17,501 nucleotides of DNA from Vulcanimicrobiota bacterium (GTDB lineage: Bacteria; Vulcanimicrobiota; Vulcanimicrobiia; Vulcanimicrobiales; Vulcanimicrobiaceae), in NCBI GenBank assembly GCA_963786105.1, contig CAWAXX010000026.1, positions 1-17,501 of the forward strand, given 5' to 3'. Below are positions 1-8,130 of this stretch, in pieces (within the stretch, counting starts at the first letter, position 1; the number at the start of each line of letters is the position of its first letter). Made by a program: the position numbers and the translations under genes. Below the pieces are notes generated by a model. The model worked only from the letters and a program-made list of their open reading frames with translations. It was not told where the DNA came from and did no database searches.

Positions 1-23
1 TGAGTAGAGGTGACGCCTAGCTT

Positions 24-199
24 TGTCATTCTGAGCGAAGCGCCGTAGGCGCGCAGTCGAAGGAGCGCGAGCGACGTTACGCGTCGCTCTCGGCATCCAT
101 GCCTCCGCTCCGCGTCCAGACGCCCTCAGTCGGCGCGCGTAACGTCGCTTGCTGCTCCTTCGACTGCGCTCGCTAACGCTCGCTCCGCTCAGGATGACA
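24..199. repeat. Nested palindromic element copy A: REP-like pair + inner arms + half core
   Basis: TGTCATTCTGAGCGAAGCG (24-42) pairs with CGCTCCGCTCAGGATGACA (181-199). 51-66 is the perfect reverse complement of 154-169. 67-83 pairs with 136-152. 80-129 matches the reverse complement of 16618-16667 at 49/50 nt. Confidence 0.9.
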
Positions 200-260
200 G
201 AGCGAGGCGGCGCTCCGCTCAGGATGACAGAGCTAACGCTCGCTGTGCTCAGGATGACAT
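171..260 (+). repeat. Three tandem 30-bp units each carrying the REP-like half-site GCTCAGGATGACA
   Basis: GCTCAGGATGACA at 187-199, 217-229 and 247-259 (exact 30-bp period). Confidence 0.9.
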
Positions 261-268
261 TTGGAGTG

Positions 269-952
269 TTAGCTGCCGGGGTAGTGGTAGCGCATGACCT
301 TCGTGAGATCGATGCCGCGGATGATGCCGTTGGTGTGATAGAGCAATCCCCAGGAGTCGATCGACGACACGTCGGGTAGGACGCACGCTTCGAGCGTTTG
401 ATCGATCGAGTTTTTCTTGTACCAGCCGCCGCCGGCTCCGGATTGACCGATCTCGGCGCCGCCGAGCACGAAGGCGCAGTAGCACGAAGCGGGGTTGCCT
501 TGGCACGAACCGCTCGGCGGTTTCAGAATGTACGCGAGGGCAGCGAGAGTCGGCTTCGTGGTGTAGAGCGTCGACAGTAAAATGTGGATCCGCGAGCTGG
601 AGCTGCCTTTGCCCTTGGTGTATTGGCAGAAACGCTTAACGCCGGCGAGCGTCAGCGGGTTCGAGCCGTTCGACCCGTAGACGGCGACTCGCCGCTCGAC
701 CACGCCTTTGGTCTTCACGCAATACGCCGCCGCGGCGGTTTCGTTCGGGTCGGTGTCATCGGGAATCGTGATCTTCGCGTCCAGGCCTTGCGGCATTCGC
801 GCCGCCAACGGCTGGCGCAGATTCGAACTCGATGCGACGCCGGTGTTCGCGCCCGACGCGAGCCCTGCCGGCGATTGGCTGCCGACGTTCCCGCCGCATG
901 CCGAGAAGACGACGGCGCAAACGGTTGCGGTCGCCGCGATGGAAAGCTTCAT
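269..952 (-). CDS. Putative lipoprotein with two DUF333-like Cys motifs (227 aa)
   Basis: ATG at 952 has AGGAG 7 nt upstream. Signal peptide and lipobox MKLSIAATATVCAVVFSA-C. NPASCYC...GG...CVLPD...DSWGLLY resembles DUF333; an earlier AAAYC...G...FC segment is a weaker repeat. Confidence 0.7.
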   Translation of the reverse strand: MKLSIAATATVCAVVFSACGGNVGSQSPAGLASGANTGVASSSNLRQPLAARMPQGLDAKITIPDDTDPNETAAAAYCVKTKGVVERRVAVYGSNGSNPLTLAGVKRFCQYTKGKGSSSSRIHILLSTLYTTKPTLAALAYILKPPSGSCQGNPASCYCAFVLGGAEIGQSGAGGGWYKKNSIDQTLEACVLPDVSSIDSWGLLYHTNGIIRGIDLTKVMRYHYPGS

Positions 953-1038
953 TAACGTGCTCCTATGAGAATTGCGAGGTCGCGTCCATCGAATGGACCG
1001 ATCGCCAACGTACTTCGGGAGCGCGCTGCGATGCCCAT

Positions 1039-2781
1039 TTATTCCGAGCCGCCGGCGACCGCGAGGCCGTCGTCGTAGCGCACCGGTTTCGCGCACGTCC
1101 GCGCGACGCTCAGCCGATGCGCGTTAAACGTTGCCGGGCGATCGTTTTCGGCGACGGCGACGAGCAGAACGCGTTGGTCCCGCGCGGACGTGCACGGCGT
1201 CGCGTCCGGCAGGTCGATGGTGCGAGTCGACGGAGCAAGCACGTTGACGACGCCGGCGCGCAGCCCCCAGCCGCCGATACCCGAAGGCTGCGTCTTGGCA
1301 ATCCATCCGTAGATTCCCGGCGCTTTCCCGTCGACGCGCAGCGCGTCGACGTAGTAGTCGACCGGATGTCGCGCGGCCAAGTGGGTCGCGAGGACGACGG
1401 CGAGTGCAAACCCGGCGGCGAGCGGCCACTGCCAACGCAAAGCCCGCGCTGCGATAACGTTGACCACCGCCACCAGCGCGATGACGATCGCTACGTGCGT
1501 TCCCGAGTCGTTCCAAAAAATCGCGAGCACCGAAGCGGCTCCGAAGATCGCCGACGCGATGAAGACGGCGCCGGCGAGCCACGGTGCGCGGGCCGCCGGT
1601 CGCGCGAGTAACAGCGCGCCGAGCGCGATCGCGGGCGCGGCGTAACGCAGCGACGCGCCGGTTTCGAGTTGCGGATGCTGGTCGGCATACGCCAGCGGCA
1701 TGATCGCAAATGCGAGCACCGCCGCCAACGCCGCCCAACCCAACGCGCGCTGGTTTTCGGGCGCGAGCAACGGTCCGGCCACGGCCGCGAGCAGTGCCAA
1801 GAAAGCGAACGGCGACGCGTGCCACGTTACGGCAGCTAAGAGCATTAATGCCTGCGCGCCGTGTGCGACGATCGTCGATTGCCAGGTGTTACCGGACGAC
1901 GTGCTGGCGGGCGCAACGATGGACGCATGCCACAATACCGCGTCGTGTATCAGCCACAGGGCGACGGCAACCGCGCCGGCGATCCAGACTCTCAGCGGCG
2001 CTTTGGCCGTCGTCGCGGCGATCGCGGCGAAAATCCATCCGTACGGCTTGAGCAGCACCATCACCGCGATCGTGCGCGCCGCCGCCGACGGTTCGCGCCG
2101 AATCGTCCACAGCGCTTCGAGAAAAAACGCCGCGAGCCAGCCGTCGTTTTGCAACGTTGCGGCTTGCAGGGCAATCGGAGCGACGGTGACGGTCGCGGCC
2201 GCCAGTGCGTCGGCGACCCATGCCGGTACGGCAGACTCGTCGCGCGCCCACTCGATCGTGCGAAAACCGAGCAGCGCGAGCGCACCAAACCCGCTCCATC
2301 CGAGCGCGAACGGTCCGGCAACGGCAAACAACCCCGAAGCGAAGAGCTCCGAGCCGGGCGGATACCACCAGTAACGCGGGTCGGTGGTCCACAGGCTTCG
2401 CGCGTGCACCCACGCGGCGGCATTGGGCAGGTGGTAGGAGAGCGAGTCTCCGTCGAGCAGCGGCCGCATCAGCGGCGGCCAAGCGATCAGCGCCAACGCG
2501 GCGATCAGGAGATACGGCGGTGGCGGTGACGGCTGCGGGTCGCGCTCGGGCCGCGGACCGCGCCGCCGATAGGCGATCGCCACGCAAGCCGCCAGCGCAA
2601 GCCAGCACGCAATAGGATAAAGCCCGTGAACTAAGCCGAGGACGAAGGGAATCGATACGCCTAAAATCAGCGCGTCGCGAATGCGATCGGCGAACGTGTA
2701 GCGCGTGCTCGTTCGCAGCGCCGATGCGGCCGCGAAGAGTCCAACCAGCCAGAGGGCGGCGAAGATGCCGGACGACGGCAA
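1039..2781 (-). CDS. Polytopic membrane protein, probable GT-C-fold glycosyltransferase
   Basis: 580-aa ORF with many hydrophobic segments. DSLSYHLP...W...YPP loop after the N-terminal helices resembles GT-C-like proteins. Starts 6 nt after the argS stop. Confidence 0.6.
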   Translation of the reverse strand: MPSSGIFAALWLVGLFAAASALRTSTRYTFADRIRDALILGVSIPFVLGLVHGLYPIACWLALAACVAIAYRRRGPRPERDPQPSPPPPYLLIAALALIAWPPLMRPLLDGDSLSYHLPNAAAWVHARSLWTTDPRYWWYPPGSELFASGLFAVAGPFALGWSGFGALALLGFRTIEWARDESAVPAWVADALAAATVTVAPIALQAATLQNDGWLAAFFLEALWTIRREPSAAARTIAVMVLLKPYGWIFAAIAATTAKAPLRVWIAGAVAVALWLIHDAVLWHASIVAPASTSSGNTWQSTIVAHGAQALMLLAAVTWHASPFAFLALLAAVAGPLLAPENQRALGWAALAAVLAFAIMPLAYADQHPQLETGASLRYAAPAIALGALLLARPAARAPWLAGAVFIASAIFGAASVLAIFWNDSGTHVAIVIALVAVVNVIAARALRWQWPLAAGFALAVVLATHLAARHPVDYYVDALRVDGKAPGIYGWIAKTQPSGIGGWGLRAGVVNVLAPSTRTIDLPDATPCTSARDQRVLLVAVAENDRPATFNAHRLSVARTCAKPVRYDDGLAVAGGSE

Positions 2782-2787
2782 CGCCGG

Positions 2788-4479
2788 TTACATCGAATCC
2801 GGTGCGCTGACGCCGAGAATTGCCAGCGCGCGCGCCAGGACGTTCTTGGTCGCGACGCACAGCATCAACCGCGCTTGACGCGTCTCGGCGTCGTCGGTGA
2901 GAATCTTGCACTCCGAGTAGAAGGCGTGAAAGTCGGACGCGACGTCGCGCGCGTATCGCGCGAGCCGGTGGGGTGCGAGATGTTCCGCCACCCCTTCCAC
3001 CACGTGCGGGAATTCGACCAAACGCCGAATCAGGGCCAGTTCGGTGGGGTGAACTAATACGCGCACCGGCGTATCGTCTCCGAACGCCGGCGAATCGCCG
3101 GCACCGGCATTGCGCAGCACCGACGCGATCCGCGTGTGTCCGTATTGAACGTAGTACACTGGGTTTTCGTCGTTTCGCGCGACCGCCAGCGCGAGGTCGA
3201 ACGTCAGCGGCGACTCCGGCGCCAACATCACGAAGAAAAAGCGTGCCGCGTCGTTGCCGACTTCGTCGAGAATGTCGTCGAGCGTCTCGATGTTCCCGGC
3301 GCGCTTGCTCATGCTCACCTGCTCGTTGCCGCGCATCAGCGCGATCTGCCCCGAAATTAACACCTCGAGCCGGTCCCGGAATCCCAGGGCGGCGGCCAGC
3401 GCCTTCAGACGCGAGATGTAGCCGTGATGGTCGGGCCCGAGAATGTCGATGGCGAGGTCCGAACGCGAGAGCTTTTCGTAATGGTAGGTCACGTCCAACG
3501 CATAGTACGTCGGGCGGCCGTCGCTGCGAAGGACGACCCGGTCTTTGTCGTCGCCGAAATCAGTCGTGCGGAAGAAGAGCGCACCGTCGCGTTCGTACGT
3601 CAGCCCGAGTTCGCGCAAGCGATCGATGCCCCGGCGGATTTTTCCGGAGTCGTGGAGTTCTTTCTCGCTTTGCCACAGATCGTAGCGAACGCCGAAGCGT
3701 TCTGCGGTACGCTTCTGGCCGGCGACGATCGCATCGCGGCCGAAGGTTTCGAAGGCGGGCAGCCACTCGCGTTCCGGCGCATTCGTCCACCGGTCGCCGT
3801 CGCGGTCGTACATCGCGCAGGCGATCGCGAGGAGATACTCGCCGGGATACCCGTCTTCGGGAAAAGGAAACGACGGATCGTCGATTTGCCGGTAGCGGGC
3901 GTAGATCGAACGGCCCAAGCGTTCGATCTGTGCGCCAGCATCGTTGATGATCCACTCGGTAAACACGTCGTAGCCGCAGAAGCGCATCGCGTTGGCCAGT
4001 GCGTCGCCGATTGAGAGCGCGCGCCCTTGCACCACCACGAGCGGACCGGTCGGATTGGCGCTGCCGAATTCGAGCGAGACGCGCTTGGCGGCGCTTCCGT
4101 CCTTGCGCTCGAACGGCGTGGGCGGCGTTTGAGCTTCAACGGCCAGGCGAACGAGTTCGCGCTGCCAGACGTGCGGGGTAAAGCGAACGTTGATGAAGCC
4201 GGCCACCGGCTCGATCGACGCGAACGCGTCGCGTTCGGCGAAGTGCTCGCCGGCGCGTTCGATGAGCGCGCGGGCGACGTCCTGCGGCGAACGGCGCGCG
4301 AACTTGGCGAGTGAGAACGCGACGTTGGTCGCAAAATCGCCGAACTCAGGACGGCGCGGCGCTTCGAAAAAGACCGTCGCGGGGGGCGCATCCGGATAGA
4401 GCGCGCGAGCCGCCGCGCCGACGGCTTCGCCGAGCGCGCTCAATGCGATTGCGTGCGGCTCAGCGATGGTACGGCTCAT
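2788..4479 (-). CDS. argS: Arginine--tRNA ligase
   Basis: FGDFATNVAF, GFIN, EFGSANPTGPL, INDAGAQ, FGDDKDRVV.RSDG, GPDHHGY, MSKRAG, NPVYYVQY.H.RI.S and a C-terminal LGVSAPDSM anticodon-binding end. Confidence 0.96.
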   Translation of the reverse strand: MSRTIAEPHAIALSALGEAVGAAARALYPDAPPATVFFEAPRRPEFGDFATNVAFSLAKFARRSPQDVARALIERAGEHFAERDAFASIEPVAGFINVRFTPHVWQRELVRLAVEAQTPPTPFERKDGSAAKRVSLEFGSANPTGPLVVVQGRALSIGDALANAMRFCGYDVFTEWIINDAGAQIERLGRSIYARYRQIDDPSFPFPEDGYPGEYLLAIACAMYDRDGDRWTNAPEREWLPAFETFGRDAIVAGQKRTAERFGVRYDLWQSEKELHDSGKIRRGIDRLRELGLTYERDGALFFRTTDFGDDKDRVVLRSDGRPTYYALDVTYHYEKLSRSDLAIDILGPDHHGYISRLKALAAALGFRDRLEVLISGQIALMRGNEQVSMSKRAGNIETLDDILDEVGNDAARFFFVMLAPESPLTFDLALAVARNDENPVYYVQYGHTRIASVLRNAGAGDSPAFGDDTPVRVLVHPTELALIRRLVEFPHVVEGVAEHLAPHRLARYARDVASDFHAFYSECKILTDDAETRQARLMLCVATKNVLARALAILGVSAPDSM

Positions 4480-4921
4480 TGCGTCCGATCTTCGCCGCGC
4501 GATAGAGTTGTTCCAGCACGAGCATGCGCGCCCACTCGTGCAAGAAGGTCAGTTCCGAAAGCGACCAAAGAAACTCCGCGCGCACGCGCAGCGCGGGATC
4601 GGCGCCGTTCGCTCCAGCGATGACGAGGGTCAGCCGCTGCGCGCCGCTGCGTCCGATCTCATCGAGACGGTTTGCCAGCGCGGGGCTCGATAGCTGCGTG
4701 CCGGTTCGCTCCAACAGCCATACGCGGTCGTCGGAGCGCAAGTGGCGCGCGATGCGTGCCGCCTCCTCGCGCATTGCGGCACGCGGATCCCTGCCGTCGC
4801 CGGCGCGCACTTCGATCTCCGCGTAGGGATGATACACGCTCAAGCGCTTGCGTAAATCGGTACACGCTTCGGCGACGTACGGCGATCGCAAGCGATCGAC
4901 GGCAACGATACGGACGAGCAC
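4460..4921 (-). CDS. rlmH: 23S rRNA pseudouridine-1915 N3-methyltransferase
   Basis: SPOUT motifs VIAGANG, WSLSELTFLHEWARMLVLEQLYRA and terminal PYHR; 153 aa; overlaps the argS start by 20 nt. Confidence 0.92.
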   Translation of the reverse strand: MLVRIVAVDRLRSPYVAEACTDLRKRLSVYHPYAEIEVRAGDGRDPRAAMREEAARIARHLRSDDRVWLLERTGTQLSSPALANRLDEIGRSGAQRLTLVIAGANGADPALRVRAEFLWSLSELTFLHEWARMLVLEQLYRAAKIGRNEPYHR

Positions 4922-4946
4922 AGATTCCTAGGGTACCACGGGGCCG

Positions 4947-5816
4947 CTAACGCGCACGGCACGGCGCGTAGACCGACGCTCCGCGACATTCGACTTTGCC
5001 GTCGAGTTCGAGGATGGCCAGCGCGGCCAGCGCCTCGGCGGCGCGAATGTTGGTAGCCGCGACGAGATCGTCAAGGTGCATCTCGCCGGCGCCGAGAGCG
5101 GTTAGTAGCGCACGCCCGGCGGGATCGTCGCTCCCGGCCTGCCCGTCGTCGAGCGGCGGGGCGCTGGGGTACCCGAGCGCTTCGAGCACATCGGCGGCGT
5201 TTCGCGCCAGGATGGCGCCGTCGCGAATCAGGGCGAGGCAGCCTTGGACGTGCTTGCGGTCGACGTCGCCGGGGACCGCCAGCACCGGCACTCGGCCGGC
5301 GGCCCAGCCCGCCGTGTTGAGTGCACCGCTGCGCGCCGGCGCTTCGACGACCACGACCGCGTCGGCCAGCGCCGCAACCACGCCGTTACGCGCCAGAAAC
5401 TGCCACGGCTGGGCGAGCAGGTCGGGCGCGAACGGCGAAAGCACGGCGCCGCCGGCCGCCACCATGCGCTCGGCGAGCGGGCGGTTGCGCCGCGGGAAGA
5501 AGCGCCGGTGACCGCTCCCGAGCACGCCGATCGTTGGGGCGCCGGCGTCCAGTGCGCCCTGGTGAGCCGCTGTGTCGATGCCCAGCGCCAACCCGGAGAG
5601 AATGCAGCAACCGCCGGCGCCGAGTTGGGCGGCGAACTCGCGTGCGACGCGCGTTCCCAACGGCGTGGCCGCGCGGGTGCCGACGATGGCCACGCAGGGG
5701 CGCCGCAGGCCGGCCAGCGTGCCGACGCACCAAAGGCCGGCCGCCGCCGCCTCGAACGGGCGTTTGCCGCGGGCCGTCCGGATCTGCTCGGCGCTCTCGA
5801 ACACCGGTTCGTCCAC
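4947..5816 (-). CDS. dprA: DNA-processing protein DprA (Rossmann core + C-terminal winged helix)
   Basis: VAIVGTR, SGLALGID..AH, VLGSG, ARN..VAAL, VVVEA..RSGALNTA, AVPGDV and C-terminal LAILELDG. Confidence 0.93.
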   Translation of the reverse strand: MDEPVFESAEQIRTARGKRPFEAAAAGLWCVGTLAGLRRPCVAIVGTRAATPLGTRVAREFAAQLGAGGCCILSGLALGIDTAAHQGALDAGAPTIGVLGSGHRRFFPRRNRPLAERMVAAGGAVLSPFAPDLLAQPWQFLARNGVVAALADAVVVVEAPARSGALNTAGWAAGRVPVLAVPGDVDRKHVQGCLALIRDGAILARNAADVLEALGYPSAPPLDDGQAGSDDPAGRALLTALGAGEMHLDDLVAATNIRAAEALAALAILELDGKVECRGASVYAPCRAR

Positions 5817-5932
5817 CTTCGGGCCTTCACGCGCGCTTGAGGAGCGGCAAGGCCCTGCGGTGTTGCCGAGGGCTGCCAGGGGGAATCGGCCGGGCCCACG
5901 GGAATAGGCAGGCCGACACGGAGGTACCCGAG

Positions 5933-6082
5933 GTGGCAGCAGAAGCGTATTGCGTTAAGTGCAAGACGAAGCGTGAGATCAAAGACGCCGTTCAGATCAC
6001 GATGAAGAACGGGCGTCCCGCGACCGAAGGCAAATGCCCGGTTTGCGGCACGAAGATGTTCAAGATCGGAGCGGCGAGCTAG
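5933..6082 (+). CDS. Small basic Zn-ribbon protein, DUF5679-like (49 aa)
   Basis: GGAGGT SD at 5920-5925, GTG at 5933; MAAEAYCVKCKTKRE...GKCPVCGTKMFKIG has two CxxC motifs; followed by a terminator. Confidence 0.85.
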   Translation: MAAEAYCVKCKTKREIKDAVQITMKNGRPATEGKCPVCGTKMFKIGAAS

Positions 6083-6123
6083 ATAAGTTAGCGCTCGCTC
6101 GCCCGTCTTTCTTAGACGTGCTC

Positions 6124-6150
6124 AAAGGACCGCCATTGGCGGTCCTTTTT
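6124..6150 (+). terminator. Intrinsic terminator (possibly bidirectional)
   Basis: AAAGGACCGCC-ATT-GGCGGTCCTTT hairpin ending in a T5 tract, about 40 nt after the Zn-ribbon gene stop. Confidence 0.8.
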
Positions 6151-6177
6151 GCGAGGCCACCGATAGTGACGTATAAT
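6149..6177 (+). promoter_or_regulatory. Sigma70-type promoter for the nrdR-dut operon
   Basis: TTGCGA (6149-6154), 17-nt spacer, TATAAT (6172-6177). Confidence 0.8.
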
Positions 6178-6185
6178 ACGAGGAC

Positions 6186-6201
6186 CCACTACATATTGGG
6201 C
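6186..6201. promoter_or_regulatory. NrdR box
   Basis: CCACTACATATTGGGC matches all strongly conserved positions of acaCwAtATaTwGtg, just downstream of the -10. A degenerate second box (AGGCCACCGATAGTGA, 6154-6169) lies 32 bp upstream. Confidence 0.75.
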
Positions 6202-6224
6202 ATGGCCCGATTGAGAGTTGTCGT

Positions 6225-6677
6225 CTGACCTGTCCGACCTGCCGCAAGAGCGAGACTCGCGTCGTGGATTCGCGCGACGACGAAACCGTGGTCCGCCGGC
6301 GCCGCGAGTGCTTGGATCCGCGCTGCAAGCACCGGTTTACCACCTACGAACGGATGGAATCGCCGCGGCTCTTCGTGGTCAAGAAAGACGGGCGGCGCGA
6401 GCAGTACAACCGGGAGAAGATTCTGGGCGGCCTGCGCAAGGCGTGCGAGAAGCGGCCGATTTCCGAGAATCAAATGGAGGCCGTGGCCGCCGACCTCGAA
6501 CGCGAGCTTTTTGCGCGCGGAGAAAGCGAGGTCGCATCGACCCTGGTCGGCGAGAAGCTCATGGAATCGCTCAAGCGACTCGATCCGGTAGCGTACATTC
6601 GTTTTGCCAGCGTGTACCGGTCCTTCCGCGACATCGAGAGCTTCCGGGAAGAGTTGGCGGCGCTGCTTGCCAAGTGA
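6225..6677 (+). CDS. nrdR: Transcriptional repressor NrdR (CTG start inferred, 150 aa)
   Basis: (M)TCPTC...RVVDSR...RRRRECLDPRCKHRFTTYE Zn ribbon, ATP cone VVKKDGRRE, and VAYIRFASVYR. The first CxxC lies upstream of the ORF-track GTG (6264), and there is no in-frame ATG/GTG/TTG between the TAA at 6174 and 6264. Confidence 0.93.
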   Translation: MTCPTCRKSETRVVDSRDDETVVRRRRECLDPRCKHRFTTYERMESPRLFVVKKDGRREQYNREKILGGLRKACEKRPISENQMEAVAADLERELFARGESEVASTLVGEKLMESLKRLDPVAYIRFASVYRSFRDIESFREELAALLAK

Positions 6678-6683
6678 ACGGCG

Positions 6684-7148
6684 ATGACTGCCGTACGCGT
6701 GGCGTTCAAGCGACTTCCGGAAGGCGACGGTTTACCGCTGCCGTCGTATATGAGCGAGCACGCCGCCGGCGCGGACGTGTTTGCGGCAGTTGCTGACGAA
6801 CTGACGCTGCTTCCGGGCGCGCGCGCACTCGTGCCGACGGGTTTCTCCATCGCGCTGCCGATCGGATACGAGGCGCAAGTCCGTCCTCGCAGCGGCCTGG
6901 CAATTCGCAGCGGCGTCACGTGTCTCAACTCGCCCGGCACGATCGACGCCGACTACCGCGGACACGTGCGGGTCGTGCTCGCGAACTTGGGGACGGAACC
7001 GTTCGTGGTCCGGCGTGGCGATCGCATCGCTCAAATCGTCGTGGCCCCAGTGTCGCGTGCGTCGTTCGAACTCGTCGACGAGCTGCCGGCATCCGAGCGT
7101 GGTAGCGGCGGATTCGGTTCGACGGATCGATCGGGCAACCGAGCGTGA
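6684..7148 (+). CDS. dut: dUTP diphosphatase
   Basis: [25 protein letters not shown] and RGSGGFGST motifs. Confidence 0.96.
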   Translation: MTAVRVAFKRLPEGDGLPLPSYMSEHAAGADVFAAVADELTLLPGARALVPTGFSIALPIGYEAQVRPRSGLAIRSGVTCLNSPGTIDADYRGHVRVVLANLGTEPFVVRRGDRIAQIVVAPVSRASFELVDELPASERGSGGFGSTDRSGNRA

Positions 7149-8128
7149 AAGTTTACATCGTCGGCAAGGGCGCGGTGGGAACGTATTTCGGCGATCAGCT
7201 TCGCTCGGTGGGTCTCGAGGTCGAGTACGCACCGCGATCGATCGACGACCTTCGCTCGACGTACGACGCCGACGTGGCCCTAGTAGCCACGAAATCGTAC
7301 GACACGGACTCCGCGATAGAAACCTTACGCCGCGCGATCGCGCACCCGGAGAAATGCGTCTTCGTGTGCCCGCAGAACGGCGTCGGCAACGAAGAGAAGC
7401 TGGCCGCCGCGTTCGGCGCCGACAACGTGGTCGCGGCCGCGCTGACCACCCCGGTCGGCCGGGACCGCGACGGCAACGTGAAGCTCACCAACGAAGGCGG
7501 TCTGGCGCTCGCGCCGGTCGGGTCGAATGCCTACAACTGGCTGGTCGCCACCTTTGCCGGTACCGGCATGAACGTGAAGGTGGTCGAAGACTGGCGCGCC
7601 CTGAAATGGAGCAAGCTGGCGCTCAACGTGGTTGCGAACGCGAGCTGCGCGATCTTGAACGTTCTGCCGAATCGGCTGGTCCACTTCGAGAAGGTCTTTA
7701 CGCTCGAGATTCGCATGATTCGAGAAGTGCGCGCCGTCATGCAAGCGATGAAAATCACTCCGGTCGACTTGCCGCGCTATCCGGTACGCGCGCTGTTCAA
7801 CGTCGCGATCCTGCCGAGCCCGGTCGCGCGCGGATTGCTGTCGCGAAACATCGTCAGCGCGCGCGGGACGAAGGCGCCTTCGCTGTTGATCGATTTACGC
7901 AACGGCCGGCCCCAAACCGAAGTCGACGTGCTTAACGGCGCGGTGGCCGCCGCCGGTCACGAACATCACGTTCCCACGCCGGTCAACGCCATCTACTGCC
8001 GGGTGCTCGACGACATCGCGCACACTCCGCCGCTCTGGGCGAAGTATCGCGAACGTCCCGAGCGTCTCGAAGCCGAGGTGCTCGCCGAAATGAAGCGGGC
8101 TAAGACGCTCGCGCGGGCCCAAGCGTAA
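7145..8128 (+). CDS. Ketopantoate reductase (PanE/ApbA) family protein
   Basis: GxGxxG (GKGAVG), VATKSYD, QNGVG.EE, KWSKL..N, SLLID...GR..EVD.LNGAV, TPVN; GTGA overlap with the dut stop. Confidence 0.85.
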   Translation: MKVYIVGKGAVGTYFGDQLRSVGLEVEYAPRSIDDLRSTYDADVALVATKSYDTDSAIETLRRAIAHPEKCVFVCPQNGVGNEEKLAAAFGADNVVAAALTTPVGRDRDGNVKLTNEGGLALAPVGSNAYNWLVATFAGTGMNVKVVEDWRALKWSKLALNVVANASCAILNVLPNRLVHFEKVFTLEIRMIREVRAVMQAMKITPVDLPRYPVRALFNVAILPSPVARGLLSRNIVSARGTKAPSLLIDLRNGRPQTEVDVLNGAVAAAGHEHHVPTPVNAIYCRVLDDIAHTPPLWAKYRERPERLEAEVLAEMKRAKTLARAQA

Positions 8129-8130
8129 CC

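Noticed and set aside
171..260. Possible mini CRISPR array
   Set aside because: The period is only 30 bp, the intervening sequences resemble each other, no cas genes are present and the repeat is a REP half-site
149..379. 76-aa ORF with repeated LRMT motifs
   Set aside because: It is a translation of the 30-bp REP tandem and overlaps the real minus-strand gene
953..1096. N-terminal extensions given by the ORF track (also 12762-13085, 13837-14034, 15276-15539)
   Set aside because: They overlap upstream genes; downstream starts with an SD, signal peptide or stop-start coupling fit better
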